A DNA stretch of 64,000 bases from the NCBI RefSeq assembly GCF_013315695.1, contig NZ_CP054353.1; one strand, given 5' to 3'. The DNA comes from Escherichia coli (GTDB lineage Bacteria > Pseudomonadota > Gammaproteobacteria > Enterobacterales > Enterobacteriaceae). Positions 27,645 to 44,652 of the stretch are shown here, piece by piece. How positions within the stretch are numbered: the stretch's first letter is position 1; each line of letters opens with the position of its first letter. A program made the translations under genes and the position numbers. The notes under the pieces are model-generated. The model worked only from the letters and a program-made list of their open reading frames with translations, was not told the origin of the DNA and made no database searches.

Positions 27645-27662
27645 GACGGGCAAGCGCCCGTC
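27645..27662 (-). terminator. Hairpin downstream of metQ, probable terminator
   Basis: On the minus strand gacgggcgcttgcccgtc is followed by a T-rich tract. Confidence 0.5.
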
Positions 27663-27699
27663 CTGAATGATATTACAAATTGTGGAAACAGCCTAAATA

Positions 27700-28515
27700 T
27701 TACCAGCCTTTAACAGCGCCGCCGTTAAACACTTTGTTTGCTGCTTCGTAAACTTCGTCAGACTGATAAGCCTGAACGAATTTCTTCACGTTTTCGGCGT
27801 CTTTGTTGTCTTCACGCGTTACGATCAGGTTTACGTACGGGGACTCTTTATCTTCGACAAAGATACCGTCTTTCGCTGGAGTCAGGCCAATCTGGCTGGC
27901 ATAGGTGGTATTGATAACTGCCAGAGCGATTTGCGCGTCGTCCAGAGAGCGCGGCAGCTGCGGTGCTTCCAGTTCAACAATTTTCAGATTTTTTGGGTTC
28001 TCAACAACATCAAGAACGGTCGGCAGCAGGCCAACGCCATCTTTCAGTTTGATCAAGCCCACTTTTTGCAGCAGCAGCAGTGAACGACCAAGGTTAGTTG
28101 GGTCGTTTGGCACGGCAACCTGCGAACCATCCTGCAGTTCATCCAGTGATTTGATTTTCTTGGAGTAACCTGCAATCGGATAAACAAAAGTGTTGCCTAC
28201 TGCGACCAGTTTGTAGCCACGATCTTTCAGTTGCTGATCAAGGTACGGTTTATGCTGGAAGGCGTTGGCGTCGATATCGCCTTTGCTCAATGCTTCGTTT
28301 GGCAGAACATAGTCGTTGAAGGTTACCAGCTCAACGTCCAGGCCATATTTGTCTTTCGCAACTTTCTGCGCGACTTCTGCAACCTGCTGTTCGGCACCAA
28401 CAATCACGCCGACTTTAATGTGGTTTGGATCTTTTTCATCCTGACCGCAGCCTACCAGTGCCAGTGATCCAATCAGGGCTCCCACTGCCGCAAAGGTTTT
28501 GAATTTGAACGCCAT
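27700..28515 (-). CDS. metQ: D-methionine ABC transporter substrate-binding lipoprotein
   Basis: 271-aa ORF with lipobox LVGC. Confidence 0.95.
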   Translation of the reverse strand: MAFKFKTFAAVGALIGSLALVGCGQDEKDPNHIKVGVIVGAEQQVAEVAQKVAKDKYGLDVELVTFNDYVLPNEALSKGDIDANAFQHKPYLDQQLKDRGYKLVAVGNTFVYPIAGYSKKIKSLDELQDGSQVAVPNDPTNLGRSLLLLQKVGLIKLKDGVGLLPTVLDVVENPKNLKIVELEAPQLPRSLDDAQIALAVINTTYASQIGLTPAKDGIFVEDKESPYVNLIVTREDNKDAENVKKFVQAYQSDEVYEAANKVFNGGAVKGW

Positions 28516-28554
28516 ACCTTATTCCTTCTTCAATTATTTATGTTGTGTTGAACG

Positions 28555-29208
28555 TTACTTGCGAGTGACTGCCCGGACGATGCGGTCGCCTGCGAACTGA
28601 ATTAAATAAACCAGAATGACCAGCAATACCAGTACCGTATTCATCACCGTCGCGTTATAGCCGATGTAGCCATACTGATAGCCAATCTGACCTAAACCAC
28701 CGGCACCGACTGCACCACCCATCGCGGAATAACCGACCAGGGTAATCAGGGTGATAGTTGCCGCATTCACCAGACCCGGCAAAGCTTCCGGTAACAGCAC
28801 TTTACGGACGATCTGCATTGGCGTGGCACCCATTGCGCGGGAAGCTTCAATTAACCCGGTTGGGATCTCCAGCAGAGCGTTCTCGACCATACGGGCAATA
28901 AACGGTGCTGCACCAACGGTTAACGGAACAATCGCTGCCTGCAAACCAATCGATGTACCGACAATAACGCGGGTAAACGGAATCATCCATACCAGCAAGA
29001 TAATGAACGGGATGGAACGGAAAATGTTCACAATCGCAGAAACGGTACGATACAGCTTCGCGTTAGCAATAATTTGCCCCGGACGCGTGACATAAAGCAG
29101 GACGCCAACCGGCAGACCAATCACAAACCCAAAAAATCCGGATACGAAGGTCATTGCCAGCGTTTCCCATACGCCACGAACCAGCAGCCACATCATCGGC
29201 TCAGACAT
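28555..29208 (-). CDS. metI: D-methionine ABC transporter permease
   Basis: 217-aa membrane ORF. Confidence 0.95.
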
Positions 29209-30232
29209 AACCCAGTACCTCTACTTTTACATGGTGTTCCTGCAGCCAGGCAATGGCGGCTTGCGTATCTTGTTGTGTGCCGTGCATTTCAGTCAGCATG
29301 ATGCCGAACTTAACGCCACCGGCGTAATCCATCTGCGCGCTAATAATGTTGTTGTTGACGTTGAAACGACGCGCGGTTTCAGAAAGCAGTGGGGCATCGA
29401 CCGATTGACCGGTAAACTCCAGACGCAGCATCGGCACGCAGTCAGTGAATGGCTCCGCTTGCAGACGCTCCTGATAATCTTCCGGGATATCCAGATGCAG
29501 GGTCGACTGAATAAACTTCTGCGCCAGCGGCGTTTTCGGATGCGAGAACACTTCACTTACCGTGTCCTGCTCGATCAGTTCGCCATTACTGATAACCGCC
29601 ACGCAATCACAAATGCGCTTCACAACGTCCATTTCGTGGGTGATCAACAGAATCGTCAAACCCAGACGGCGGTTAATGTCTTTCAGCAGTTCGAGAATAG
29701 AACGTGTCGTTGCCGGGTCCAGCGCGCTGGTGGCTTCATCACACAGCAATACTTTGGGATTGCTGGCTAATGCACGGGCAATCGCCACACGTTGTTTCTG
29801 CCCACCGGAAAGATTCGACGGGTAGCTATCATGCTTATCGCCAAGACCAACCAATGACAGCAATTCCGTCACGCGACGTTTGATCTCGTCTTTCGGTGTA
29901 TTGTCCAGCTCCAGCGGCAGAGCCACGTTGCCAAAAACAGTACGCGAAGAGAGCAGGTTAAAATGCTGGAAAATCATACCAATCTGGCGACGAGCTTTGG
30001 TCAACTCGGATTCTGACAGCGTGGTCAGTTCCTGGCCATCGACCAGCACGCTACCCTCGGTTGGGCGCTCCAGCAGGTTTACACAACGTATAAGCGTACT
30101 CTTACCCGCGCCTGAGGCACCGATAACGCCATAAATTTGTCCAGCTGGCACATGCAGGCTGACGTTGTTCAACGCCTGGATGGTGCGGGTGCCCTGGTGG
30201 AACACTTTGGTGATATTCGAAAGTTTTATCAT
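29201..30232 (-). CDS. metN: D-methionine ABC transporter ATP-binding protein
   Basis: 343-aa ORF with Walker A (GASGAGKST) and ABC signature (LSGGQKQR); its stop overlaps the metI start. Confidence 0.95.
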
Positions 30233-30419
30233 TGATTATTTATTATCGTCATTAAGTTAGTCGTGGCATTTCGAATGCCTAGAACGGGCAACGCCGTCAA
30301 TGAAATGGATGTTAAGGCATCCAGACGTCTAAATCAATCAGGTTTATGCGAAGAGCACTTTCTTGCAGGTCGAAACATGCGATACTAGCGTCACATGCCT
30401 TATTAAGGAGCTATAAAAG

Positions 30420-30992
30420 GTGGCGAAGAGCGTACCCGCAATTTTTCTTGACCGTGATGGCACCATTAATGTCGATCACGGCTATGTCCATGAGATCGAC
30501 AACTTTGAATTTATCGACGGTGTTATTGACGCCATGCGCGAGCTAAAAAAAATGGGCTTTGCGCTGGTGGTAGTAACCAACCAGTCTGGCATTGCTCGCG
30601 GTAAATTTACTGAAGCACAGTTTGAAACGCTGACCGAGTGGATGGACTGGTCGCTGGCGGACCGCGATGTCGATCTGGATGGTATCTATTATTGCCCGCA
30701 TCATCCGCAGGGTAGTGTTGAAGAGTTTCGCCAGGTCTGCGACTGCCGCAAACCACATCCGGGGATGCTTTTATCGGCACGCGATTATTTGCATATTGAT
30801 ATGGCCGCTTCTTATATGGTGGGCGATAAATTAGAAGATATGCAGGCAGCGGCTGCGGCGAACGTGGGAACAAAAGTGCTGGTGCGTACGGGTAAACCTG
30901 TTACGCCTGAAGCAGAAAACGCGGCGGATTGGGTGTTAAATAGCCTGGCAGACCTGCCGCAAGCGATAAAAAAGCAGCAAAAACCGGCGTAA
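30420..30992 (+). CDS. gmhB: D,D-heptose 1,7-bisphosphate phosphatase
   Basis: 190-aa ORF with GTG start and HAD motif FLDRDGTIN. Confidence 0.92.
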   Translation: MAKSVPAIFLDRDGTINVDHGYVHEIDNFEFIDGVIDAMRELKKMGFALVVVTNQSGIARGKFTEAQFETLTEWMDWSLADRDVDLDGIYYCPHHPQGSVEEFRQVCDCRKPHPGMLLSARDYLHIDMAASYMVGDKLEDMQAAAAANVGTKVLVRTGKPVTPEAENAADWVLNSLADLPQAIKKQQKPA

Positions 30993-31035
30993 TGATTAAA
31001 AGATGAGCGGTTGAAATAAAAATGCATTTTTCCGC

Positions 31036-31063
31036 TTGTCTTCCTGAAACGACTCCCTATAAT
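31036..31063 (+). promoter_or_regulatory. rRNA operon promoter P1 (sigma70)
   Basis: -35 ttgtct and -10 tataat separated by 16 bp, with an A/T-rich tract upstream (aaataaaaatgcattttt). Confidence 0.75.
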
Positions 31064-31145
31064 GCGCCTCCATCGACACGGCGGATGTGAATCACTTCAC
31101 ACAAACAGCCGGTTCGGTTGAAGAGAAAAATCCTGAAATTCAGGG

Positions 31146-31173
31146 TTGACTCTGAAAGAGGAAAGCGTAATAT
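31146..31173 (+). promoter_or_regulatory. rRNA operon promoter P2 (sigma70)
   Basis: -35 ttgact and -10 taatat separated by 16 bp. Confidence 0.7.
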
Positions 31174-31213
31174 ACGCCACCTCGCGACAGTGAGCTGAAA
31201 GCCGCGTCGCAAC

Positions 31214-31226
31214 TGCTCTTTAACAA
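31214..31226 (+). promoter_or_regulatory. boxA antitermination element in the rRNA leader
   Basis: tgctctttaacaa matches the rrn boxA consensus. Confidence 0.75.
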
Positions 31227-31357
31227 TTTATCAGACAATCTGTGTGGGCACTCGAAGATACGGATTCTTAACGTCGCAAGACGAAAAATGAATACCAAGT
31301 CTCAAGAGTGAACACGTAATTCATTACGAAGTTTAATTCTTTGAGCATCAAACTTTT

Positions 31358-32899
<1,542 letters not shown>

Positions 32900-32967
32900 C
32901 CTTAAAGAAGCGTACTTTGAAGTGCTCACACAGATTGTCTGATGAAAATGAGCAGTAAAACCTCTAC

Positions 32968-33044
<77 letters not shown>

Positions 33045-33086
33045 AATTTGCACCGCAAATTTGAAGAGGTTTTAACTACATGTTAT

Positions 33087-33162
33087 GGGGCTATAGCTCA
33101 GCTGGGAGAGCGCCTGCTTTGCACGCAGGAGGTCTGCGGTTCGATCCCGCATAGCTCCACCA
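33087..33162 (+). tRNA. alaV: tRNA-Ala (anticodon TGC) in the 16S-23S spacer
   Basis: ggggctatagctcagctgggagagcgcctgctttgcacgcaggaggtctgcggttcgatcccgcatagctccacca. Confidence 0.97.
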
Positions 33163-33345
33163 TCTCTGTAGTGATTAAATAAAAAATACTTCAGAGTGTA
33201 CCTGCAAAGGTTCACTGCGAAGTTTTGCTCTTTAAAAATCTGGATCAAGCTGAAAATTGAAACACTGAACAACGAAAGTTGTTCGTGAGTCTCTCAAATT
33301 TTCGCAACACGATGATGAGTCGAAAGAAACATCTTCGGGTTGTGA

Positions 33346-36249
<2,904 letters not shown>

Positions 36250-36343
36250 ACAACGCCGAAGATGTTTTGGCGGAAGAGACATCGATAAGTAAGCTTGATA
36301 ACAGATTAAATCAGAACGCAGAAGTGGTCTGATAAACAGAATT

Positions 36344-36463
36344 TGCCTGGCGGCCTTAGCGCGGTGGTCCCACCTGACCCCATGCCGAACTCAGAAGTGA
36401 AACGCCGTAGCGCCGATGGTAGTGTGGGGTCTCCCCATGCGAGAGTAGGGAACTGCCAGGCAT
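36344..36463 (+). rRNA. rrfH: 5S ribosomal RNA
   Basis: tgcctggcggcc...gggaactgccaggcat; 120 nt. Confidence 0.98.
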
Positions 36464-36515
36464 CAAATTAAGCAGTAAGCCGGTCATAAAACCGGTGGTT
36501 GTAAAAGAATTCGGT

Positions 36516-36592
36516 GGAGCGGTAGTTCAGTCGGTTAGAATACCTGCCTGTCACGCAGGGGGGCGCGGGTTCGAGTCCCGTCCGTTCCGCCA
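36516..36592 (+). tRNA. aspU: tRNA-Asp (anticodon GTC), rrn-distal; variant copy
   Basis: 77 nt ending CCA; identical to the copy at 45517..45593 except G at 36563 where the other copy has T. Confidence 0.95.
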
Positions 36593-36604
36593 CTTATTAA
36601 GAAG

Positions 36605-36632
36605 CCTCGAGTTAACGCTCGAGGTTTTTTTT
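36605..36632 (+). terminator. Rho-independent terminator of the rrn operon
   Basis: cctcgag / ctcgagg stem with 6-nt loop, followed by a run of 8 T. Confidence 0.85.
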
Positions 36633-37272
36633 CGTCTATATTTCTATTATTGCTTAAATCGCAAAAATCCTCTGCGTTTTACGCCCTTTTTCCGCAACAT
36701 TCTAAAGCCCATAATCACTTCAGTTAACGAAAATAGCATTAAAAGAGGCATATTATGGCTATCCCTGCATTTGGTTTAGGTACTTTCCGTCTGAAAGACG
36801 ACGTTGTTATTTCATCTGTGAAAACGGCGCTAGAACTTGGTTATCGCGCAATTGATACCGCACAAATCTATGATAACGAAGCCGCAGTAGGTCAGGCGAT
36901 TGCAGAAAGTGGCGTGCCGCGTCATGAACTCTACATCACCACTAAAATCTGGATTGAAAATCTCAACAAAGCTAAATTGATCCCGAGTCTGAAAGAGAGC
37001 CTGCAAAAATTGCGTACCGATTATGTTGATCTGACGCTAATCCACTGGCCGTCACCAAACGATGAAGTCTCTGTTGAAGAGTTTATGCAGGCGCTGCTGG
37101 AAGCCAAAAAACATGGGCTGACGCGTGAGATCGGTATTTCCAACTTCACGATCCCATTGATGGAAAAAGCGATTGCTGCTGTTGGCGCTGAAAACATCGC
37201 TACTAACCAGATTGAACTCTCTCCTTATCTGCAAAACCGTAAAGTGGTCGCTTGGGCTAAACAGCACGGCAT

Positions 37273-37281
37273 CCATATTAC
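37273..37281. repeat. Left copy of the 9-bp target-site duplication flanking IS1 (ccatattac)
   Basis: Identical 9-mer directly before and after the IS1 termini. Confidence 0.9.
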
Positions 37282-37336
37282 GGTGATGCTGCCAACTTAC
37301 TGATTTAGTGTATGATGGTGTTTTTGAGGTGCTCCA

Positions 37337-37612
37337 GTGGCTTCTGTTTCTATCAGCTGTCCCTCCTGTTCAGCTACTGACGGGGTGGTGCGTAACGGCA
37401 AAAGCACCGCCGGACATCAGCGCTATCTCTGCTCTCACTGCCGTAAAACATGGCAACTGCAGTTCACTTACACCGCTTCTCAACCCGGTACGCACCAGAA
37501 AATCATTGATATGGCCATGAATGGCGTTGGATGCCGGGCAACAGCCCGCATTATGGGCGTTGGCCTCAACACGATTTTACGTCACTTAAAAAACTCAGGC
37601 CGCAGTCGGTAA
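37337..37612 (+). CDS. insA: IS1 InsA (transposition inhibitor; N-terminal part of InsAB' transposase)
   Basis: 91-aa ORF with zinc-finger cysteines (CPSC...CSHC). Confidence 0.92.
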
Positions 37613-38034
37613 CCTCGCGCATACAGCCGGGCAGTGACGTCATCGTCTGCGCGGAAATGGACGAACAGTGGGGCTATGTCGGGGCTAAATCGCGCCAGCG
37701 CTGGCTGTTTTACGCGTATGACAGGCTCCGGAAGACGGTTGTTGCGCACGTATTCGGTGAACGCACTATGGCGACGCTGGGGCGTCTTATGAGCCTGCTG
37801 TCACCCTTTGACGTGGTGATATGGATGACGGATGGCTGGCCGCTGTATGAATCCCGCCTGAAGGGAAAGCTGCACGTAATCAGCAAGCGATATACGCAGC
37901 GAATTGAGCGGCATAACCTGAATCTGAGGCAGCACCTGGCACGGCTGGGACGGAAGTCGCTGTCGTTCTCAAAATCGGTGGAGCTGCATGACAAAGTCAT
38001 CGGGCATTATCTGAACATAAAACACTATCAATAA
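37531..38034 (+). CDS. insB: IS1 InsB reading frame (expressed as InsAB' by -1 frameshift at the ttaaaaaac motif, 37588..37594)
   Basis: 167-aa ORF in the -1 frame relative to insA, overlapping its 3-prime end; slippery A6C sequence present. Confidence 0.88.
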
Positions 38035-38049
38035 GTTGGAGTCATTACC

Positions 38050-38058
38050 CCATATTAC
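38050..38058. repeat. Right copy of the 9-bp target-site duplication flanking IS1
   Basis: ccatattac repeated immediately after the IS1 right end. Confidence 0.9.
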
Positions 38059-38331
38059 TTCCTATATGACGCTGGCGTATGGTAAGGCCCTGAAAGATGA
38101 GGTTATTGCTCGTATCGCAGCTAAACACAATGCGACTCCGGCACAAGTGATTCTGGCGTGGGCTATGGGGGAAGGTTACTCAGTAATTCCTTCTTCTACT
38201 AAACGTAAAAACCTGGAAAGTAATCTTAAGGCACAAAATTTACAGCTTGATGCCGAAGATAAAAAAGCGATCGCCGCACTGGATTGCAACGACCGCCTGG
38301 TTAGCCCGGAAGGTCTGGCTCCTGAATGGGA

Positions 38332-39246
38332 TTAAGCCTCTCTGACAGCTCCTCCGGGAGCTGTTTTTACATGCTCGCTAAGGAAATCGATAAAAGCCCG
38401 GATGCGTGTACTTACCGCACGGTCGCTGTAATATACGGCACTGAATGGCATTTCCACTGGCAATACTTTATCTGCCATTAACTCCACCAATTCTCCGCGA
38501 GCGATTTCTCTGTCGATCATGTAGTCGGACAAACACGCAATCCCGTTGCCACTCAGGCAAAGCTGTTTCAGTGTTTCCCCACTATTGGATGACAAACCGT
38601 ACTTCACCTCATGTAATTGTCCATCGCTACAGGCTATCGGCCAGGTATTGAGGGAAGCGGGTTCAGTGAATCCCAGGCAAACATGTTGCTTTAAATCGTC
38701 GATCGTTTCTGGCTTCCCGTAGCGGGAAATATAATCGGGGGAGGCGATAATTTTTCGATAACTGTTAAATAACGGCCTGGCACGTAAGCTGGAATCCGTT
38801 AACGTACCGGCGCGTATCGCGACATCCACTTTTCTTTCGATCAAATTAATAATTGTTTCGGAGGAGACTAGTGATAAAGTGACTTCCGGATAGCGTTCAC
38901 GGAAAGGCTTAATCAACGGCATCAGAAAGTGCAGCACCACTGGAGTTGCGGCATCGATGCGCAACAGTCCACGCGGTGTATTACGCGTCTCCATAATTTC
39001 TGATTCTGCCGCTGCCATCTCCTGCAAAATTGACTGTACGCGACGAAAATAACGCTCGCCTTCTTCCGTCAGGCTAAGTTGCCGCGTGGTCCGATTAAGC
39101 AGGCTAACGCCAAGTTTCATCTCCAGCTTTTTCACCGCCCGGCTTACCGCTGAGTTTGCTTGCCCTAATTGTTCCGCTGCCCGGCTAAAGCTGCCGCTTT
39201 CGACGACCGAAACAAAAATGGCGAGTTCTTCCGACGTGGCTTTCAT
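38332..39246 (-). CDS. yafC: LysR-family transcriptional regulator
   Basis: 304-aa ORF with N-terminal helix-turn-helix and LysR substrate-binding domain; convergent with dkgB. Confidence 0.9.
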
Positions 39247-39435
39247 TTTTGCTCCTGTTGCAAAATAGATGAGATATTTTGAATTTATTTGTCATTAAAC
39301 CATCAGGATGCGTGATATGTCATCCGATTTAATGTTCTCAATAATGAGCAAATTTCTGACCGGTGTAAGCACTTGCTTACATGACAATATACAATTGCTC
39401 GTTGAAAGAGTGAGCTAAAATCCCTATAACAGTAG

Positions 39436-40287
<852 letters not shown>

Positions 40288-40363
40288 GGTATGTCAGGTC
40301 TGCCACAGGGCAGACCAACGTTTGGCGCTGCCCTTTTTAATCAAACAATAAAAGGACAGCGCA

Positions 40364-41134
40364 ATGACAACACAATCCCACCATGACCACGTAGAAAAGC
40401 AGTTTAGCTCGCAGGCCAGTGAGTATTTAACCAGTACCGTACATGCATCCGGGCGAGATTTACAGCGCCTGGCGGTGCGTCTGGCTGATTATCCTGATGC
40501 AAGTGTACTTGATATGGGCTGCGGAGCAGGGCATGCCAGCTTTGTCGCTGCGCAGAACGTGAGCGCGGTGGTGGCGTATGACTTATCTGCCCAAATGCTG
40601 GATGTCGTGGCACAAGCTGCCGAAGCCCGGCAACTGAAAAATATCACCACCCGCCAGGGTTATGCCGAAAGTCTGCCATTTGCCGATAACGCATTTGATA
40701 TTGTTATCAGCCGTTATTCTGCCCATCACTGGCATGATGTTGGTGCAGCACTGCGTGAAGTGAATCGGGTATTGGAACCCGGCGGTAGGCTGATTGTGAT
40801 GGACGTAATGTCTCCGGGTCATCCAGTGCGCGACATCTGGTTACAGACGGTAGAAGCATTACGCGATACCTCTCACGTACGAAACTACGCCAGCGGTGAG
40901 TGGTTGAAGTTAATCAATGAAGCCAATCTGATAGTTGATAATTTAATTACAGATAAGTTACCGCTGGAATTTTCTTCATGGGTAGCGAGAATGCGTACGC
41001 CAGAAGCGTTAGTAGACGCTATTCGCATTTACCAACAGAGCGCATCGACAGAGGTGAAAACGTATTTTGCCTTGCAGAATGATGGCTCTTTCACCAGTGA
41101 TATCATCATGCTAGAAGCACATAAAGCGGCATAA
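40364..41134 (+). CDS. yafE: SAM-dependent methyltransferase (UbiE/COQ5-like)
   Basis: 256-aa ORF with motif I VLDMGCGAGHAS; the true start may be downstream. Confidence 0.8.
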   Translation: MTTQSHHDHVEKQFSSQASEYLTSTVHASGRDLQRLAVRLADYPDASVLDMGCGAGHASFVAAQNVSAVVAYDLSAQMLDVVAQAAEARQLKNITTRQGYAESLPFADNAFDIVISRYSAHHWHDVGAALREVNRVLEPGGRLIVMDVMSPGHPVRDIWLQTVEALRDTSHVRNYASGEWLKLINEANLIVDNLITDKLPLEFSSWVARMRTPEALVDAIRIYQQSASTEVKTYFALQNDGSFTSDIIMLEAHKAA

Positions 41135-41142
41135 ATAAAAAA

Positions 41143-41169
41143 GGCACCGGGGGAATCGGTGCCTTTTTT
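41143..41169. terminator. Bidirectional terminator between the convergent yafE and mltD
   Basis: ggcaccg / cggtgcc stem flanked by an A-run upstream and a T-run downstream. Confidence 0.7.
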
Positions 41170-41182
41170 ATTATCTGGTTTG

Positions 41183-42541
41183 TCAGGAGTCTGGCATGCT
41201 GTTGTTTTTCACAAACAACGTCAGCTTATCGCCTGGTTGCAGATTCGCAGTATCGCTGTTCCAGCGCATTACATCTTTGATGTTCACGCCGTGGCGTTTA
41301 GCAATGCTTGAAAGCGAATCGCCTTTGCGCACACGATACGTAATGCTATCGCTGTTGTTTGCCAGTCGCTGTGCGCTACTGCCTGCACCAATCGTCAAAC
41401 TTTGGCCTGGCTTCAGCTTAGATCCGCGCAGTTTGTTCCACTGCTGCAAATCTTTGGTGCTTACGCCGAGACGTGAAGCGATACTTGAAAGCGTGTCGCC
41501 AGAGCGTACGGTGTAAACACGGCTGTTAAGCGGCGTATTGTCAGCAACCAGCGTCGACTGTACAGCAGCAATTTCGCCTGAAGCCAGAGATTCACGCAGT
41601 TGATCTGCATGCTTCTTTGGCACCATCACGTACTGCGGACCACTCGCGCCCAGCGTGGAGCCTTTTACGCCTGCGTTGAATGTCTTCAGCTTGCTGACGG
41701 AAATCCCCGCCATATCTGCAACCTTTGCCATTTCAACCGGGCTGCTCAGGTGCACACGCGCCAGAGCACGGCTTTCATCGGTCGTTGGCAGACGTACGCC
41801 ATAACGCTTGCTGTTTTTGAGAATATCACTCAATGCCAGCATCTTAGGCACGTACTGCTTCGTTTCCTGCGGCAACGGTAACGACCAGAAGTCCGTGGAT
41901 TTCCCTCGCGCTTTGTTCGTTTTAATTGCCTTCATGACTCGACCTTCGCCGCTGTTATAAGCAGCTACGGTCAGAAGCCAGTCGCCGTCAAACATCTTGT
42001 TCAGACGCTGCATCATGTTCAGCGCGGCAGTTGTTGAAGCAACAACATCGCGACGCGCGTCATAATTGCGGGTCTGTTTCAAACCATAATTGCGCCCCGT
42101 GCTCGGAATGATCTGCCAGATGCCCGCGGCATTGGCGCCAGACGTTGCGTGAGGATCAAAAGCGCTCTCCACTATGGGTAGTAGTACCAGTTCCATAGGC
42201 ATGTTACGTTTTTTAACTTGCCCGGCTATCCAGTACATATACGGCTCTGCCCGTAAAGTTACATCGTGGAGATAGCTCTTATTGCGTAAATATTTCTGTT
42301 TCTGTTCGCGAATCCGGTCGTTTTCCGGAATTCCCATCTTTAGCTCGTCGCCAATGAAAGCCCACAAGTCACCATCTGGCGCGATAGACGTCCCATCGTC
42401 CATCCATCGAGCCTGACTTGTAAACTTTGCTGCTTCCCCTTGACCAGCTGCAGAAAGGCTCTGTGCGTGCTGTTGAACGTTGCCGGTGCTCTGGCAACCC
42501 ACGAGCAGGACAGAGGCGAGTAATATCGCTTTTGCCTTCAT
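41183..42541 (-). CDS. mltD: Membrane-bound lytic murein transglycosylase D
   Basis: 452-aa ORF with lipoprotein signal (LVGC), transglycosylase domain and C-terminal LysM repeats. Confidence 0.93.
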   Translation of the reverse strand: MKAKAILLASVLLVGCQSTGNVQQHAQSLSAAGQGEAAKFTSQARWMDDGTSIAPDGDLWAFIGDELKMGIPENDRIREQKQKYLRNKSYLHDVTLRAEPYMYWIAGQVKKRNMPMELVLLPIVESAFDPHATSGANAAGIWQIIPSTGRNYGLKQTRNYDARRDVVASTTAALNMMQRLNKMFDGDWLLTVAAYNSGEGRVMKAIKTNKARGKSTDFWSLPLPQETKQYVPKMLALSDILKNSKRYGVRLPTTDESRALARVHLSSPVEMAKVADMAGISVSKLKTFNAGVKGSTLGASGPQYVMVPKKHADQLRESLASGEIAAVQSTLVADNTPLNSRVYTVRSGDTLSSIASRLGVSTKDLQQWNKLRGSKLKPGQSLTIGAGSSAQRLANNSDSITYRVRKGDSLSSIAKRHGVNIKDVMRWNSDTANLQPGDKLTLFVKNNSMPDS

Positions 42542-42612
42542 GTGTGTGTCAATAGTTGCTTAAAAGACGACCGATCATAACGGCGAACGGAGCCGATGAC
42601 AAGAAAGTTTTA

Positions 42613-43371
<759 letters not shown>

Positions 43372-43401
43372 TTACCTCTCAGTGTGAAACGGAAGGTTGT
43401 G

Positions 43402-44124
43402 ATGAAACCGGCAAGAGTCCCTCAAACTGTCGTGGCTCCTGATCGCTGGGGCGATTTGCCCTGGGGAGAGCTTTATCGCAAGGCGCTGGAGCGCCAGCTC
43501 AACCCGTGGTTCACTAAAATGTATGGTTTTCATCTGCTTAAGATTGGCAATTTAAGCGCAGAAATCAATTGCGAAGCGAGCGCGGTTTCTCATCAAGTGA
43601 ATGTTTCTGCGCAAGGACTGCCCGTCCAGGTGCAGGCGGACCCACTTCATCTTCCTTTTGCCGATAAATCCGTTGATGTTTGTCTACTGGCACATACATT
43701 GCCGTGGTGCACCGATCCGCATCGTTTATTGCGTGAAGCCGATCGGGTATTGATTGATGATGGCTGGCTGGTGATTAGTGGCTTCAATCCCATCAGTTTA
43801 ATGGGATTACGCAAACTTGTGCCGGTATTGCGCAAAACCTCGCCCTATAACAGCCGGATGTTTACTCTGATGCGGCAGCTGGACTGGCTCTCTTTGTTGA
43901 ATTTTGAAGTGCTACACGCCAGCCGTTTCCACGTTCTCCCGTGGAACAAACACGGTGGAAAACTATTGAATGCGCATATTCCTGCGCTTGGTTGCTTACA
44001 ACTTATTGTCGCCCGGAAACGGACTATTCCTTTAACGCTAAATCCGATGAAACAGAGTAAAAACAAGCCACGAATTCGCCAGGCGGTTGGAGCCACCCGG
44101 CAATGTCGTAAACCACAGGCTTAA
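43402..44124 (+). CDS. yafS: Methyltransferase-like protein YafS
   Basis: 240 aa from the internal Met; the supplied ORF starts 6 codons upstream. Confidence 0.82.
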
Positions 44125-44588
44125 ACTTCGACTTGATAGCCCGTATCTTCCAGTGTGGGATTCATCGCTGCGGCACGAGCCAGTTCATCGCAACGTTCGT
44201 TTTCTGGATGACCGGCATGGCCTTTAACCCATTCCCATTTGATTTGATGCTGCCCCAGCGCAGCATCAAGACGTTGCCAGAGATCGACATTTTTTACTGG
44301 TTTTTTGTCTGCTGTTTTCCAGCCACGTTTTTTCCAGTTATGGATCCACTGGGTGATACCCTGGCGGACATACTGGCTGTCGGTACTCAAAATGACTTCG
44401 CAATGTTCTTTTAACGCCTCCAGCGCGACAATAGCGGCCATCAACTCCATACGGTTGTTGGTGGTGCGGGTGTAGCCTGCGCTAAAGGTTTTCTCGCGTC
44501 CGCGATAGCGTAAAATAGCGCCGTAACCCCCAGGTCCAGGATTACCCAGACACGAACCATCGGTGAAAATTTCTACCTGTTTAAGCAT
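44121..44588 (-). CDS. rnhA: Ribonuclease HI
   Basis: 155 aa from [23 protein letters not shown]; the supplied ORF carries a 24-codon upstream extension. Confidence 0.95.
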
Positions 44589-44652
44589 CTCTGGTAGACT
44601 TCCTGTAATTGAATCGAACTGTAAAACGACAAGTCTGACATAAATGACCGCT

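Larger units (their letters stand above)
37282..38049 (+). mobile_element. IS1 insertion sequence, complete copy (768 bp)
   Basis: Ends ggtgatgctgccaacttactgat ... aagttggagtcattacc (imperfect terminal inverted repeats); insA and insB ORFs with an A6C frameshift motif; 9-bp direct repeats. Confidence 0.93.
36755..38335 (+). pseudogene. dkgB: 2,5-diketo-D-gluconate reductase B (aldo-keto reductase), interrupted by IS1
   Basis: N-terminal 175 codons (36755..37281) and C-terminal 92 codons (38050..38335) are collinear with one aldo-keto reductase reading frame, separated by a 768-bp IS1; the duplicated 9 bp encode H-I-T on both sides. Confidence 0.9.

Noticed and set aside
37308-37520. 70-aa plus-strand ORF overlapping insA in another frame
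   Set aside because: Alternative frame inside IS1; the element's real products are InsA and InsAB'.
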